Source: Thermoanaerobaculia bacterium
GTDB taxonomy: Bacteria; Acidobacteriota; Thermoanaerobaculia; UBA5066; Gp7-AA6
Assembly (NCBI GenBank): GCA_040879385.1
Contig: JBBDKM010000013.1
Span: 100,358 to 164,357, forward strand
Length of the DNA: 64,000 nt
Direction: 5' to 3'
Numbering within the stretch: the first letter of the stretch is position 1; the number at the start of each line of letters is the position of its first letter. The notes beneath the pieces were generated by a model that was not told the DNA's origin, ran no database searches, and saw only the letters and a program-made list of their open reading frames with translations. Position numbers and translations under genes: made by a program. Below, one piece after another: positions 1 to 9,424 of the stretch.

Positions 1-940
1 CGATGTCTTCCTGGCGCAGGCCCGCCCGGGCGATCGCTGCGCGCGCGGCGGGAGCAGGGCCGAGACCCATCAACTCCGGCTCCACGCCGACGACGGCCCA
101 GGACACGAGGCGGCCGAGCGGCTTTCTGCCTTTGGCCCGGGCGTGGTCGGCGGACGTGACGATCACGGCCGCCGCGCCGTCCACGATCCCCGACGCATTG
201 CCCGCGGTGACCGACCCGTCCTTTCCGAACGAGGGCGCCAGCGCCGCGAGGCCCTCGAGCGTCGAGTCGGGGCGCAGGTGATCGTCCTTCTCGACCCGCA
301 CGGTCTTGCGCCCCGCCTTGACCTCCACGGGGACGACCTCTTCGGAGAGGCGGCAGGCGGCCCAGGCCTCCGCGGCGCGTTTTTGCGACGAGAGGGCGTA
401 GGCGTCCTGTTCCGCGCGCGAGATGCCGTACTTGGCCGCGACGCGGTCGGAGGTCTGTGCCATGGACAGGCCGCAGTACGAGTCGAGCAGGGCGACCATC
501 AGCGAATCCTCGAGCTGGCCCTGGCCGAGCCTCAGGCCCCGCCGCGCTCCCCGGATCACGTGCGGCGCCTGCGACAAGTTCTCCATCCCCCCGGCGAGCA
601 CCGTCGTCGCTTCTCCGAGGCGGATGCGGTGGGCGGCCTGCACGATCGACTCGAAGCCGGAGCCGCAGAGGCGGTTGACCGTCAGGGCCGGGACCTCCTT
701 CGGGACGCCGGCCTTCAACGCCACGTGCCGGGCGCCGTAGATCGCGTCGCCCGAGGTCTGCAGGGCGTTGCCGAAGATCGCGTGGTCGATCTCCGCGGGC
801 TCGACGCCCGCGCGACGGAGGGCCTCCCGCGAAGCGTGGACGCCCAGATCGATCGCCGAGACCTCGGAGAACGCGCCGTTGTACTCCGTCATCGGAGTCC
901 GGGCCCCTTCGAGGATCACGATTTCCGTGTCCGAAGCCAT
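1..940 (-). CDS. acetyl-CoA C-acetyltransferase (thiolase); 3' end runs off the window
   Basis: Absent from the ORF track because no stop lies in the window. Hand translation from ATG at 940 gives MASDTEIVILEGARTPMTEYNGAF...LTVNRLCGSGFESIVQAAHRI...LAGGMENLSQAPH, a thiolase N-terminal region with the NRLCGSG active-site Cys. Confidence 0.9.
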   Translation of the reverse strand, partial: MASDTEIVILEGARTPMTEYNGAFSEVSAIDLGVHASREALRRAGVEPAEIDHAIFGNALQTSGDAIYGARHVALKAGVPKEVPALTVNRLCGSGFESIVQAAHRIRLGEATTVLAGGMENLSQAPHVIRGARRGLRLGQGQLEDSLMVALLDSYCGLSMAQTSDRVAAKYGISRAEQDAYALSSQKRAAEAWAACRLSEEVVPVEVKAGRKTVRVEKDDHLRPDSTLEGLAALAPSFGKDGSVTAGNASGIVDGAAAVIVTSADHARAKGRKPLGRLVSWAVVGVEPELMGLGPAPAARAAIARAGLRQEDI

Positions 941-957
941 GGGGCCGCGAGTCTACC

Positions 958-2004
958 TCAGGAAAACCCGGCGTGGACCGCGCGGAGAAACCGCTGGCGC
1001 ACCTCGTTGAACGGGATCTCCCGCACCTCCGGGTGAATCCGGTTGGTCAGAAGAACGGCGATGCGCTCGGCGTCCGGATCGATCCAGATCGACGTCCCGG
1101 TGAACCCCGTGTGGCCGAAGCTTCGGGGCGACATCTCGGGGATCGCCGACGCGGCCCCGCGATGGCCCTGCCACGCCAGCCCCCGCGCCTCCGAGAGCTC
1201 CGGCGTCCGATCGGCGCCGAAGGCGGCCCGGCCGGGTTCGAGCCAGTGCCGCGCCAGCGCCCAGACATCGCGCGCCGTGGCGAAGAGGCCGGCGTTTCCG
1301 GAAACTCCGCCCCGCCGGAACGCGTTTCCGTCGTGGACTTGCCCGCAGACGACGCCGTCGCGAAAGCGGGCGTAGGTCAGTCCCCGCGCCTCCGTCATGG
1401 CGCGCTCGAAGCGGTCGCCTTTCTCCGTGGCCGCCGCCGCGGCGCCGGTCGCGGGCAGGAAGCGCGCCCCGGAACCGGCGGGAGCGGCGACGAGGTCCTG
1501 GAACAGCCGGTCGAGCGGCGCCCCGAAGAACGTCTCGAGCACGCCGGTCAACAGCAGGAAATTCAGGTCGCTGTAGATCACCCGCGTGTCGGGCGCCGCC
1601 TCGGGCTCGAGCTCCGGCAGGGTCTTCCGATAGGCCGAGGCGCCTTCTCCGCGGGCGTAGAGGGGAAACCACGCCGCGAGCCCCGAGGTGTGGGTCAGCA
1701 GCCGCTCGAGCGTGATTCCCTCGAAGCGCGTCTTCTTCCACTCCGGGAGAAAGCGGCCGGGCGTCGCGTCGAGAGGCAGGCCGCGGCCCGCGGCCGCGAC
1801 GAGAGCGCCGACGCAAAGAGGCTTGGTCAGGCTGGCCAGATCGAACAGGGTCTCCGCCCCGACCGCACGCTCCTGCGGCTCGACCGCAGCCCTCCCCGCG
1901 ACCGCGTGCTCGAGAATCCCCTCGGCGGAACCGACGGCCGCCGCGGCGCCCGGAAACGAACCCGCCTCGATCTCGACCCTGAGAAATTCCTCGATCGCCG
2001 TCAC
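958..2004 (-). CDS. serine hydrolase, beta-lactamase/esterase (class C-like) family
   Basis: C-terminal 348 aa of ORF 958..2529. SxxK motif (ASLTKP), YSDLN and GHTGFTGTS motifs. GTG start at 2004 overlaps the upstream stop (GTGA). The upstream part of the ORF is Arg/Gly-rich read-through. Confidence 0.8.
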   Translation of the reverse strand: MTAIEEFLRVEIEAGSFPGAAAAVGSAEGILEHAVAGRAAVEPQERAVGAETLFDLASLTKPLCVGALVAAAGRGLPLDATPGRFLPEWKKTRFEGITLERLLTHTSGLAAWFPLYARGEGASAYRKTLPELEPEAAPDTRVIYSDLNFLLLTGVLETFFGAPLDRLFQDLVAAPAGSGARFLPATGAAAAATEKGDRFERAMTEARGLTYARFRDGVVCGQVHDGNAFRRGGVSGNAGLFATARDVWALARHWLEPGRAAFGADRTPELSEARGLAWQGHRGAASAIPEMSPRSFGHTGFTGTSIWIDPDAERIAVLLTNRIHPEVREIPFNEVRQRFLRAVHAGFS

Positions 2005-2537
2005 GGCTCGAGGGACTCGATCTCGGCGCGCCGCGCTTCCGCCAGACGGGCATTCGCCGACGCGATCGGCGGAGCGTCGGCCGGCTTCCTGCGCAGCGAC
2101 GCGCGCTCCCGCTCGAGAGCCGCGATCTCGACGTCGAGCCGCGAGGCCGTCCGCGCATCCGGCGCGGCGCGGCGCGCCGCGCGCAACGCCGCGAGGCCCC
2201 GCGCAGTGGACTCGAGCGCCGCGTCGGCGACCCGGCGCCCCTCGGAGGCCCCGAGCGCCTCGGCGATCCGGGCCCGGGCCCACGCGAACTCCGCCGGGTC
2301 GACTCCAAGGACGCGGGCCGCCTCCGCCTCCGAGCCGCGGCCCGCGGCGCGCCGGACCTTCACATAGAGGTCGATCTGTGCGCTCGACAGCCGGCCGTTC
2401 GCCGGCGCTCGAAATTGAGGCTCCGCCCGGGCGCGGATGGCGCGGACCGGATCGAGCTCGCGCGGCTCGAGGCGCCGGCACCCGGCGACGCACAGCATCT
2501 CCGCCCCCGCGAGCGCCGCCAGAAACCACCGGCTCAC
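2001..2537 (-). CDS. hypothetical lipoprotein, Ala/Arg-rich helical
   Basis: Last 178 aa of ORF 2001..3260, starting at GTG (V242). Lipobox-like signal VSRWFLAALAGAEMLCVAGC. The rest of that ORF is antisense to the kinase gene. Confidence 0.55.
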   Translation of the reverse strand: MSRWFLAALAGAEMLCVAGCRRLEPRELDPVRAIRARAEPQFRAPANGRLSSAQIDLYVKVRRAAGRGSEAEAARVLGVDPAEFAWARARIAEALGASEGRRVADAALESTARGLAALRAARRAAPDARTASRLDVEIAALERERASLRRKPADAPPIASANARLAEARRAEIESLEP

Positions 2538-2633
2538 GGCCTCGAGTCTACCCACCGGAAGCCTCGGGCGGGCGAAAGGTTTCCGCGGCCGCCGCGTTCG
2601 TTTACACTTAGCAGGTTGTTCCGAGCGGCAGGA

Positions 2634-4454
2634 ATGCTCAACAAGATCGGAAAGTACGAGGTCTCCGAGCAGATCGGTGTGGGCGGCTTCGGGGCCGTCT
2701 ACCGGGGCCGGGACCCGTTCATCAAGCGCACCGTCGCGATCAAGACCTGCCAGGTCAACGACGAGGAGATCAAGCACCGATTCTTTCGTGAGGCCGAGCT
2801 CGCGGGCAACCTTCACCATCGCAACATCACGACGATCTACGATTTCGGCGTCGAGAACGGGATCCCCTACATCGTCCAGGAATTCCTGACCGGCGAGGAC
2901 CTCGACAGGGTCATCAAGCGCGGCGAGCCCATTCCGGTGACCCGCAAGCTCGAGATCCTCATGGCGATCGCCGACGGGCTCGGCTACGCGCACAACGCGA
3001 GCATCGTCCACCGCGACGTCAAGCCCGCCAACATCCGGGTTCTCGAAGACGGGACGATCAAGGTCATGGACTTTGGAATCGCCAAGTCGATGCAGACCGA
3101 GTCCAACCTGACGCAGACCGGAATCACGCTCGGCACCTCGGCGTACCTCGCGCCCGAGCAGATCCGCGGCGAGGCGATCGACCGCCGCACGGACATCTTC
3201 GCGATGGGCGTGCTGGCGTACGAGCTGCTGACCTATCGGAAGCCCTTCCGCGGCGAGCACCTGTCCACCGTCCTCTACAAGATCCTGAACGACGTCCCCG
3301 AGCCGATCGAGACGTTCGCGCAGGACGTTCCTCCCGCCCTAGCCGCCGCGGTCCAGGGCGCCATGGCCAAGTTGCCCGCAGAGCGGTACCCGACGATGGA
3401 GGCCTTCCGCAAGGATCTGCAGGCCGTCTATCGCGAGCTCTCCGGAGAGTCCGGCGGGCACGCCGGGGCGTCGGCCCTCGCCCAGACCGTGCGCACGATC
3501 CGGCCGCAGTCGGATGACATGGACACGACGCTCGCGACTCCGGCGAGCGGCGTATCCCCGATCGCCATCACCCCGCCGTCCGGCGCCCTGGCGCGCGCCC
3601 CCGCGCCTTCGGAGGCGACCCCCGCGTCGGCGTCGTTCGCCGCGGTCGAGCGGCCTAACCTCGAGCTCGTCAACTTCCGCGATCCCGCCGCAGAAGGGTC
3701 CGAAGAGCCGCCCGCCGGCCCCCGGCGCACGACCGAGATCGACACGGGCGTGAGCCGAACGCGCATGATCGTCTTCGGGTCGCTCCTCGCGGTCATCGCC
3801 GCCGGCGTCGGGGCCTATCTCGTGCTCCATCGTTCTCCCGCGCCGGCCGCGCCGAAACCCGTCCCGCCCCCCGCGGCGGCCGCGCCGACGCCGGCACTCG
3901 AATTTCCGGAGCCGAGCCTCGGGCGGGGAGAGCCGGCTCCCGCGCCGACCGCGGCGCCTTCCGTCGCGGCCGCCTCCGCGTCCGAGAAGCCCGCCGCCCC
4001 GGCCCGGTTCAAGGTCCAGTTCTCCTCGGTGCCGGTCGCGACGCTGTCGATCGACGGCAAGGAGATCGGCCCCTCGATTCCGGCCCGCACACTTTCTCTC
4101 GAGGAGGGCGAGCACCGCATCCGCTTCGAGGCGAAAGGCTTCCCTCCGCACGAGAAGACCCTCCGCGTGGGCGCGAAGTCGGAGACTCGCCTGCACTACC
4201 AGTTCCCCGTCTCGACGCTCGTCATCGACGCGCGCGGCTGGGCCGGAGCCCGCGTCCTCCTGGACGGCAAATACAAGGGGACGCTGCCCGATGCCGCGCG
4301 CCTGAGGCTGCCGCCCGGCTCCTACAGCGTGACGCTGTCGCGCGAGGGAGCCAACCCAGTCACCGAGAAGCTCGAGGTCCCGGAGGGGGCCCTGAAAACA
4401 TGGAGCCCACCGCCGCCCGTGCCGGCGGGGGCAGGAGCTGGAGGTACGCCGTGA
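2634..4454 (+). CDS. Ser/Thr protein kinase with TM segment and two C-terminal PEGA-like domains
   Basis: From M74 of ORF 2415..4454. GVGGFGAVY glycine loop, HRDVKPANI, DFG, APE motifs. Pro/Ala linker, TM (MIVFGSLLAVIAAGVGAYLVL), then two beta-rich repeats (FKVQFSSVPVATLSIDGKEIG..., VIDARGWAGARVLLDGKYKGT...). Confidence 0.92.
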   Translation: MLNKIGKYEVSEQIGVGGFGAVYRGRDPFIKRTVAIKTCQVNDEEIKHRFFREAELAGNLHHRNITTIYDFGVENGIPYIVQEFLTGEDLDRVIKRGEPIPVTRKLEILMAIADGLGYAHNASIVHRDVKPANIRVLEDGTIKVMDFGIAKSMQTESNLTQTGITLGTSAYLAPEQIRGEAIDRRTDIFAMGVLAYELLTYRKPFRGEHLSTVLYKILNDVPEPIETFAQDVPPALAAAVQGAMAKLPAERYPTMEAFRKDLQAVYRELSGESGGHAGASALAQTVRTIRPQSDDMDTTLATPASGVSPIAITPPSGALARAPAPSEATPASASFAAVERPNLELVNFRDPAAEGSEEPPAGPRRTTEIDTGVSRTRMIVFGSLLAVIAAGVGAYLVLHRSPAPAAPKPVPPPAAAAPTPALEFPEPSLGRGEPAPAPTAAPSVAAASASEKPAAPARFKVQFSSVPVATLSIDGKEIGPSIPARTLSLEEGEHRIRFEAKGFPPHEKTLRVGAKSETRLHYQFPVSTLVIDARGWAGARVLLDGKYKGTLPDAARLRLPPGSYSVTLSREGANPVTEKLEVPEGALKTWSPPPPVPAGAGAGGTP

Positions 4455-6073
4455 AACGAGCCCTGGTGCTCTCCTTCGGGCTGATCCTGGCCGCCGCGGC
4501 CCTGGCCCAGGACGCGTCTCGTCTCGAAGCCGACGCCAAGCGCGCCTTCGACTCCGGGCGCTTCAAAGAAGCCGGGGACCGGTACGCGAAAGCGGCCGAG
4601 GGCGAAGGGCTCACCCCCGACCGCCAGGCGGATCTGCACCTCCAGAGCGCGTGGTCGTACTACATCGCGGGCAACTCGAAGAGCGCCAGGGAACAGCTGC
4701 GCTCCGCCGTGACCGGCCGCCCCGATCTCCAGGTGATTCCGGACTTCTACAGCCCCGACTTCGCCAATCTCGCCGCGGTCGTGCGCGCCGAGATCGGCGG
4801 CGCCAACGTGCCTCCCATCGACGTCGAGGAGCTGAAGCGTTCGGCCCGCGCCAAGCTCGCCGACGGAAAGGCCGAGGAAGCGCTCTACGATCTCAAGCGG
4901 GCCGCCGGCTCCAACGACCCCGAGGTCTTCCGCATCCAGGCCGAGGCCAACGACCGCCTCGGCCGCGCCGCGGAGGCCGACGCCGCCCGCAAGCGCGCCG
5001 CCGACATCGAAAAAGGCATCGTGAGCTCGACGCCGATCGGCATGCCGGCCGGGGGTGAGACGGCGGAGGGAGCGCCGCTGGCCCCCGCGGCCGCTCCCCT
5101 CCTCGAGAGCGCGGAGAAGGCGATGGCGGAAGGCGACGCGAGCGCCGCGGCGTCCTTCGCCCGCCAGGCCTCGGAGGCCGATCCCCGCAATGCCGACGCT
5201 CACCGCATGCTCGGCGACGCCGCTCTGCTGGCCGGTCAGGATGCCGAGGCCGAACGGGAGTTCACGGCCGCGATCGTGCTCGAGTCGAGCAACGCCCGGG
5301 CCGAGTATGGGATGGGCGTGGTGGCCGAACGCCAGAAGAAATGGAACACGGCGGCGAGTCACTACCGCCGGGCGCTGGAGCTCGGGCCGAAGATCGTCGC
5401 GCCCGCACGCGGCCTGGGGCGCTCGATGAGTGAGCTCGGCGACAAGAGCGCGGCGCGCATCGCCTTCGGCCGCGCGATCGAGATCGACCCGGCATCGGCC
5501 GAGGCCCGCAACGACTTCGGCGTCTTCCTCTTCCGTTCCGACGAGCTCGACCGCGCGCTCGAAGCGCTGATCGAGGCCGTCCGCCTGGATGCCTCGAGCG
5601 CGACCTACCACGAGAACCTGGGGCGGGCGTTTCGCAAGAAGGGGATGTGGAAGGAGAGCGAGCGCGAGCTCTCCGAGGCGGCCCGCCTGGCGCCCAACGA
5701 GACGGCCGTGTGGACGGCGCTCGGGCGCGTCCGCGTCGAGCAGCAGAAGCCGGCGGAGGCGGCAACCGCCTTCTCCACGGCGCTCACGCTCGATCCCCTG
5801 AGCGAGGAGGCCGCGACGGCGCTGTCCGCCGTCCTGGCCGGCGCCGGAAAACTGCCGGAGGCAGAGACCGCGCTGTCGAAGGCGATCGAGAACAACACGA
5901 AGTCCCCGGCCCTCTGGAACAACCTCGGGGTCGTCCGCACGCGGCGCGGCAACTACGCGGGCGCCGCGGAGGCCTTCCAGAAGGCGATCGCCCTCGACGC
6001 GAGCTTCGACGCCGCGAAAGCGAACCTGGCCCGCGCCGGGGAGCTCGCGGCGCTGGAGAAGGCCGCGTCATAA
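4451..6073 (+). CDS. secreted TPR-repeat protein
   Basis: ORF 4400..6073. GTG at 4451 overlaps the kinase stop (GTGA) and directly precedes a signal peptide (VKRALVLSFGLILAAAALAQDAS). Many TPR-like Ala/Leu repeats. An ATG start at 4400 is also possible. Confidence 0.8.
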   Translation: MKRALVLSFGLILAAAALAQDASRLEADAKRAFDSGRFKEAGDRYAKAAEGEGLTPDRQADLHLQSAWSYYIAGNSKSAREQLRSAVTGRPDLQVIPDFYSPDFANLAAVVRAEIGGANVPPIDVEELKRSARAKLADGKAEEALYDLKRAAGSNDPEVFRIQAEANDRLGRAAEADAARKRAADIEKGIVSSTPIGMPAGGETAEGAPLAPAAAPLLESAEKAMAEGDASAAASFARQASEADPRNADAHRMLGDAALLAGQDAEAEREFTAAIVLESSNARAEYGMGVVAERQKKWNTAASHYRRALELGPKIVAPARGLGRSMSELGDKSAARIAFGRAIEIDPASAEARNDFGVFLFRSDELDRALEALIEAVRLDASSATYHENLGRAFRKKGMWKESERELSEAARLAPNETAVWTALGRVRVEQQKPAEAATAFSTALTLDPLSEEAATALSAVLAGAGKLPEAETALSKAIENNTKSPALWNNLGVVRTRRGNYAGAAEAFQKAIALDASFDAAKANLARAGELAALEKAAS

Positions 6074-6081
6074 GTCCGGTC

Positions 6082-6094
6082 GTTGACGGTCAAC
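6082..6094. terminator. short palindrome GTTGAC-g-GTCAAC in a 28-nt convergent gap
   Basis: Lies between the TAA of the TPR gene (6071-6073) and the stop of the Nudix gene (6102-6104). No U-tract, so terminator function is only a guess. Confidence 0.25.
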
Positions 6095-6101
6095 TGTCGA
6101 C

Positions 6102-6692
6102 TCACCGCAGCGCATCCAGCAGCTCTTTCAGCATCCTCGCCGTGGCGCCCCAGATGACGTGGGGCCCGTGGTGGAAGAAGAGGACTGGCTCGTCGCGGCC
6201 CGGGAGCGGGCGGCGCTCGAGCGCCTCCGGATCGAGTAGCGCGGCCACGGGGACTTCCACGACCTCGGCGATTTCGGCCTCGGCGGGGCGAAACACGTAG
6301 GGGTAGGGGATCGCCCCCACGAAAGGCTCGACGTAGAAATCGGTCACGGTCGTCAGCGGCGTCAGAGGGCCGAGGACCCGGACGTCGCCGCGAGCGATGC
6401 CGATCTCCTCCTCGGTCTCGCGCAGAGCGGTTTCGAGCGGCGTCCCGTCGTTTTCTTCCTCCGCGCCGCCCGGAAAGGAGATCTGGCCGCGGTGGTGCTC
6501 GACGGTCTCGGTGCGGCGCGTGAGGACGACCCAGAGCGAGCCCTCGCGCTCGTAGAGCGGCACGAGGACCGCGGCCCGCCGCTGTCTCTCCGGCGGGTCG
6601 GCCGCGGGAACGCGCTCGCGCCTCTCGAGCCGCGCCCGCACCTCCTCCATCGCCGGAACGGCCGAGACGGAGTCGGACGGCCTACGAGGCAC
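6102..6692 (-). CDS. Nudix hydrolase, CoA pyrophosphatase-like
   Basis: Nudix box GGAEEENDGTPLETALRETEEEIGI, preceded by VVLTRRTETVEHHRGQISFPGG, which is typical of the CoA pyrophosphatase subgroup. Confidence 0.85.
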   Translation of the reverse strand: MPRRPSDSVSAVPAMEEVRARLERRERVPAADPPERQRRAAVLVPLYEREGSLWVVLTRRTETVEHHRGQISFPGGAEEENDGTPLETALRETEEEIGIARGDVRVLGPLTPLTTVTDFYVEPFVGAIPYPYVFRPAEAEIAEVVEVPVAALLDPEALERRPLPGRDEPVLFFHHGPHVIWGATARMLKELLDALR

Positions 6693-7801
6693 GGGAGCGG
6701 CTGGCGTCGGCGGCGGATCGCAGAAAGGCCTCGACGAACGGCGTCAGGTCCCCGTCGAGCACGCGGTCGGTGTCGCCGGTCTCGTGACCGGTCCGGTGGT
6801 CCTTGACCATGCGATACGGGTGCAGGACGTACGAGCGGATCTGGCTGCCCCACTCGATCGACTTCTTCTCGCCGACGCGTCGCTCCTCCTCGGCCCGCCG
6901 CTCGTCGAGCGCCTTCTGGTAGAGGCGCGCCTTGAGAACCCGCATCGCCGTCTCGCGGTTGCGACCCTGGCTGCGCTCGTTCTGGCAGGTGACGACGATC
7001 CCGGTCGGGAGGTGCGTGAGCCGGACGGCCGAGTCCGTGACGTTGACGTGCTGGCCGCCGGCGCCGCTGGAGCGATAGGTATCCACCCGGAGGTCCTTGT
7101 CGGCGACCTCGATCGCGATGTCCTCGTCGATCTCCGGGGCGACATAGACCGACGCGAACGAGGTGTGGCGGCGCTCTGCGGCGTCGAAAGGCGAGATGCG
7201 GACGAGACGATGGACGCCCATTTCCCCTTTCAGGTATCCGTAGGCGTGGTCGCCAACGACGTGCAGCGTCGCGCTCTTCAATCCCGCCTCTTCGCCGTCC
7301 TGGCGGTCGATCAGCTCCGCCTTCCAGCCCCTCGACTCCGCGAAGCGCATGTACATCCGGAGCAGCATCTCGGCCCAGTCCTGCGACTCGGTTCCCCCGG
7401 CGCCGGCGTGGATGGAGAACCACGCGTTCTTCTCGTCCTCTGGAGCTCCCATCTTGACCGAAAGCTCGAGCGCGTCGGCGAAGGCGCCCGCGGCGCCGAG
7501 GGACTCTCGCGCTTCTCTCTCCGCGGGCTCTCCCTCCCGGAGGAGCTCGGCGAAGGTCTCGAGCTCCCCCTTCAGCTCGTCCAGGCACGCGACGGTCTGG
7601 AGCTTCTTCTCCAGGCCCCGCGTCTGGCGGAGGATCTCCTGCGCTTGCGCCGGGCGGGACCAGAAGTCCGGCGCCGCGGCTTTCTCTCTCAGGCCTTCGA
7701 GCGCGCTCCGCGCGGCGTCGAGATCAAAGATAGCCGCGAAGCGCCGCAAGACGCTCCGAGGCGGCCCCGAGGGAAGACAGGAGATCGTCGGGTTCGGTCA
7801 T
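6682..7801 (-). CDS. prfB: peptide chain release factor 2, needs programmed +1 frameshift
   Basis: ORF 6682..7749 carries SPF-region/GGQ (SGAGGQHVN) RF2 sequence. The upstream frame from ATG 7801 encodes MTEPDDLLSSLGAASERLAALRGYL then TGA. Shifting +1 continues DLDAARSALEGL..., matching the classical RF2 LRGYL-stop-D junction. Confidence 0.93.
7724..7729 (-). promoter_or_regulatory. prfB: prfB +1 ribosomal frameshift site CTT TGA
   Basis: Minus-strand sequence ...CGC GGC TAT CTT TGA TCT CGA.... The in-frame TGA is at 7726-7724, preceded by the slippery CTT. Confidence 0.85.
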
Positions 7802-7834
7802 GGAGGAAGCTCTCAGCCAGTCCGCTCTCAGCTT

Positions 7835-9424
7835 TCAACTTTCAGCACGGCGCTGACGCACGAGCCGAGCCAGCGCGAAGAGTAGCACGGCAGCGGCGCC
7901 GAGGTCGGCCGCACGCGGGATCCAGTACCCCCAGCGGTTCCAGGCCGTGCGACCCTCGAGCAGGCGCACGTCGCCGTACAAGATCGTCCGCTCGTTGGCC
8001 CCCGACTCCGCGAAGATGCGGCCGCGCGCATCCACGATGCCCGAGAGGCCGGTGATGGCCGCGCGGACCAGGAAGCGCTCGTTCTCGACCGCGCGGAGCA
8101 CCGCCCCGGCGAAATGTTGTGACTGGGCGCCCGCGCGCCCGTACCAGGAATCGTTCGAGATCGTCGAGAGAAGGTTCGCGCCGTCGGCCGTCTCTCGCCG
8201 GGACAGCGAGGGGTAGAGGATCTCGTAGCAGACCCCGACTCCGAGGGCGAGGGACCCGGAGCGGATGACCGCAGGCTCGGCGGCCGCCGAGAACTCGCCG
8301 ATGTCGTCGGAGATCTGGCGCACGAAGAAGAAGAGTCTCGGGAGCGGGACGTACTCGCCGAACGGCACGAGGTGGACCTTGCGGTAGGGCGCCCCGGCGA
8401 GACCTCCGCGCGTCAGCAGCCGGGCGACGTTGTAGTAGCGGCCGTCGGCTGCCTCCTCGACGTCGTTGAAGAGAATCGAGGGTCCGCCGTGCGCGATCGA
8501 GGCGAGGTCCTGCCGCAGCCGTTCGCTCCGGTTCCAGTAGATCGGCAGAGCCGACTCGGGGAACACGATCAGCGCCGGCCACCGGGCGGCCGCCTCGCGC
8601 GCCTGCGCGCGCACGGCTCCGTACGCCGCCGCCGCCCCCGGCGCGGTCGAGCGCATCTCCTCGGTCAGGTTCGGCTGGAGCAGGGCGACCGACAGGTCCG
8701 GCCCCGGCAGCGGCGCCGAGGCGAGACGGACGGCTCCCCATGCTCCGGTCGCGAGGGCCACGAGCGCCGCTCCCCCCATCGGACGCACGCGGCGCGCCGC
8801 GATCCCGGCAGCGAGCAGCGCGGAGACGGCCGCGACGAGGGCTCCCACCCCATAGACGCCCCAGAAGGACGCGGTCTGCAGCCAGACCGGGTGCCGGTAC
8901 AGCGCGTGCCCGGTCAGGTTCCACGGGAACCCCCCGTAGACGAAGGAGCGCGCGTGCTCGGAGGCGGCCCACAGGAGCGGAAAGACGGCGAGCCGCCGCA
9001 TCGACCCCGGCGGCCCGCACGCGACGAGGCCCCAGGCCACGGCCGCGGGCCATTGGGCCAGGATCAGCGCCAGGATCGCGAGGCACACCACGCCCATGAC
9101 GCCGCTCTGGCCCCCGTAATGCGTCACGACGTACACGATCCACGGGATCGAGGCGCACCAGTACGCCAGGCCGAAGAGCGCGCCGGACAGAAGGGCCCTT
9201 CCCCGGCTCTCCTCGCGCTCCAGCGCCACGAGCCACGGCACGAGCGCCAGCGGCAGCAGGAGGACCAGCTCGAAGGGCGGAAAGGCGAGCGCGAAGAGAA
9301 GACCCGAGACGATCCCCGGGTAGAGCGCGCGGCCGCCCCGCTTTCCCGGCCTCACGCGGGGCGTCGGAGGTCTCGCGCGCGGGGTCTCACGCGCCGCCCG
9401 CGGCGGAGAGCGCTTCCTCGGCAC
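7835..9424 (-). CDS. lnt: apolipoprotein N-acyltransferase
   Basis: Multi-TM N-terminal half plus a CN-hydrolase domain (VALLQPN..., GVGVCYEILYP). The start may lie downstream of 9424, which overlaps the lipA 3' end by 38 nt. Confidence 0.88.
   Translation of the reverse strand: MPRKRSPPRAARETPRARPPTPRVRPGKRGGRALYPGIVSGLLFALAFPPFELVLLLPLALVPWLVALEREESRGRALLSGALFGLAYWCASIPWIVYVVTHYGGQSGVMGVVCLAILALILAQWPAAVAWGLVACGPPGSMRRLAVFPLLWAASEHARSFVYGGFPWNLTGHALYRHPVWLQTASFWGVYGVGALVAAVSALLAAGIAARRVRPMGGAALVALATGAWGAVRLASAPLPGPDLSVALLQPNLTEEMRSTAPGAAAAYGAVRAQAREAAARWPALIVFPESALPIYWNRSERLRQDLASIAHGGPSILFNDVEEAADGRYYNVARLLTRGGLAGAPYRKVHLVPFGEYVPLPRLFFFVRQISDDIGEFSAAAEPAVIRSGSLALGVGVCYEILYPSLSRRETADGANLLSTISNDSWYGRAGAQSQHFAGAVLRAVENERFLVRAAITGLSGIVDARGRIFAESGANERTILYGDVRLLEGRTAWNRWGYWIPRAADLGAAAVLLFALARLVRQRRAES

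Noticed and set aside
143-1036. 297-aa plus-strand ORF at the window start
   Set aside because: It lies antisense to the clearly recognisable thiolase gene and is Arg/Gly/Asp-rich low-complexity sequence.
2538-2633. TTTACA hexamer as a -35 box for the kinase gene
   Set aside because: No acceptable -10 element at proper spacing, so a promoter call cannot be supported from sequence alone.
7802-7834. CCTCC (anti-Shine-Dalgarno-like) directly upstream of the prfB ATG, and likewise upstream of the leuS ATG (47730-47744)
   Set aside because: Only two instances. Other genes here have normal GGAGG-type SD sequences. This is most likely coincidence in GC-rich spacers.
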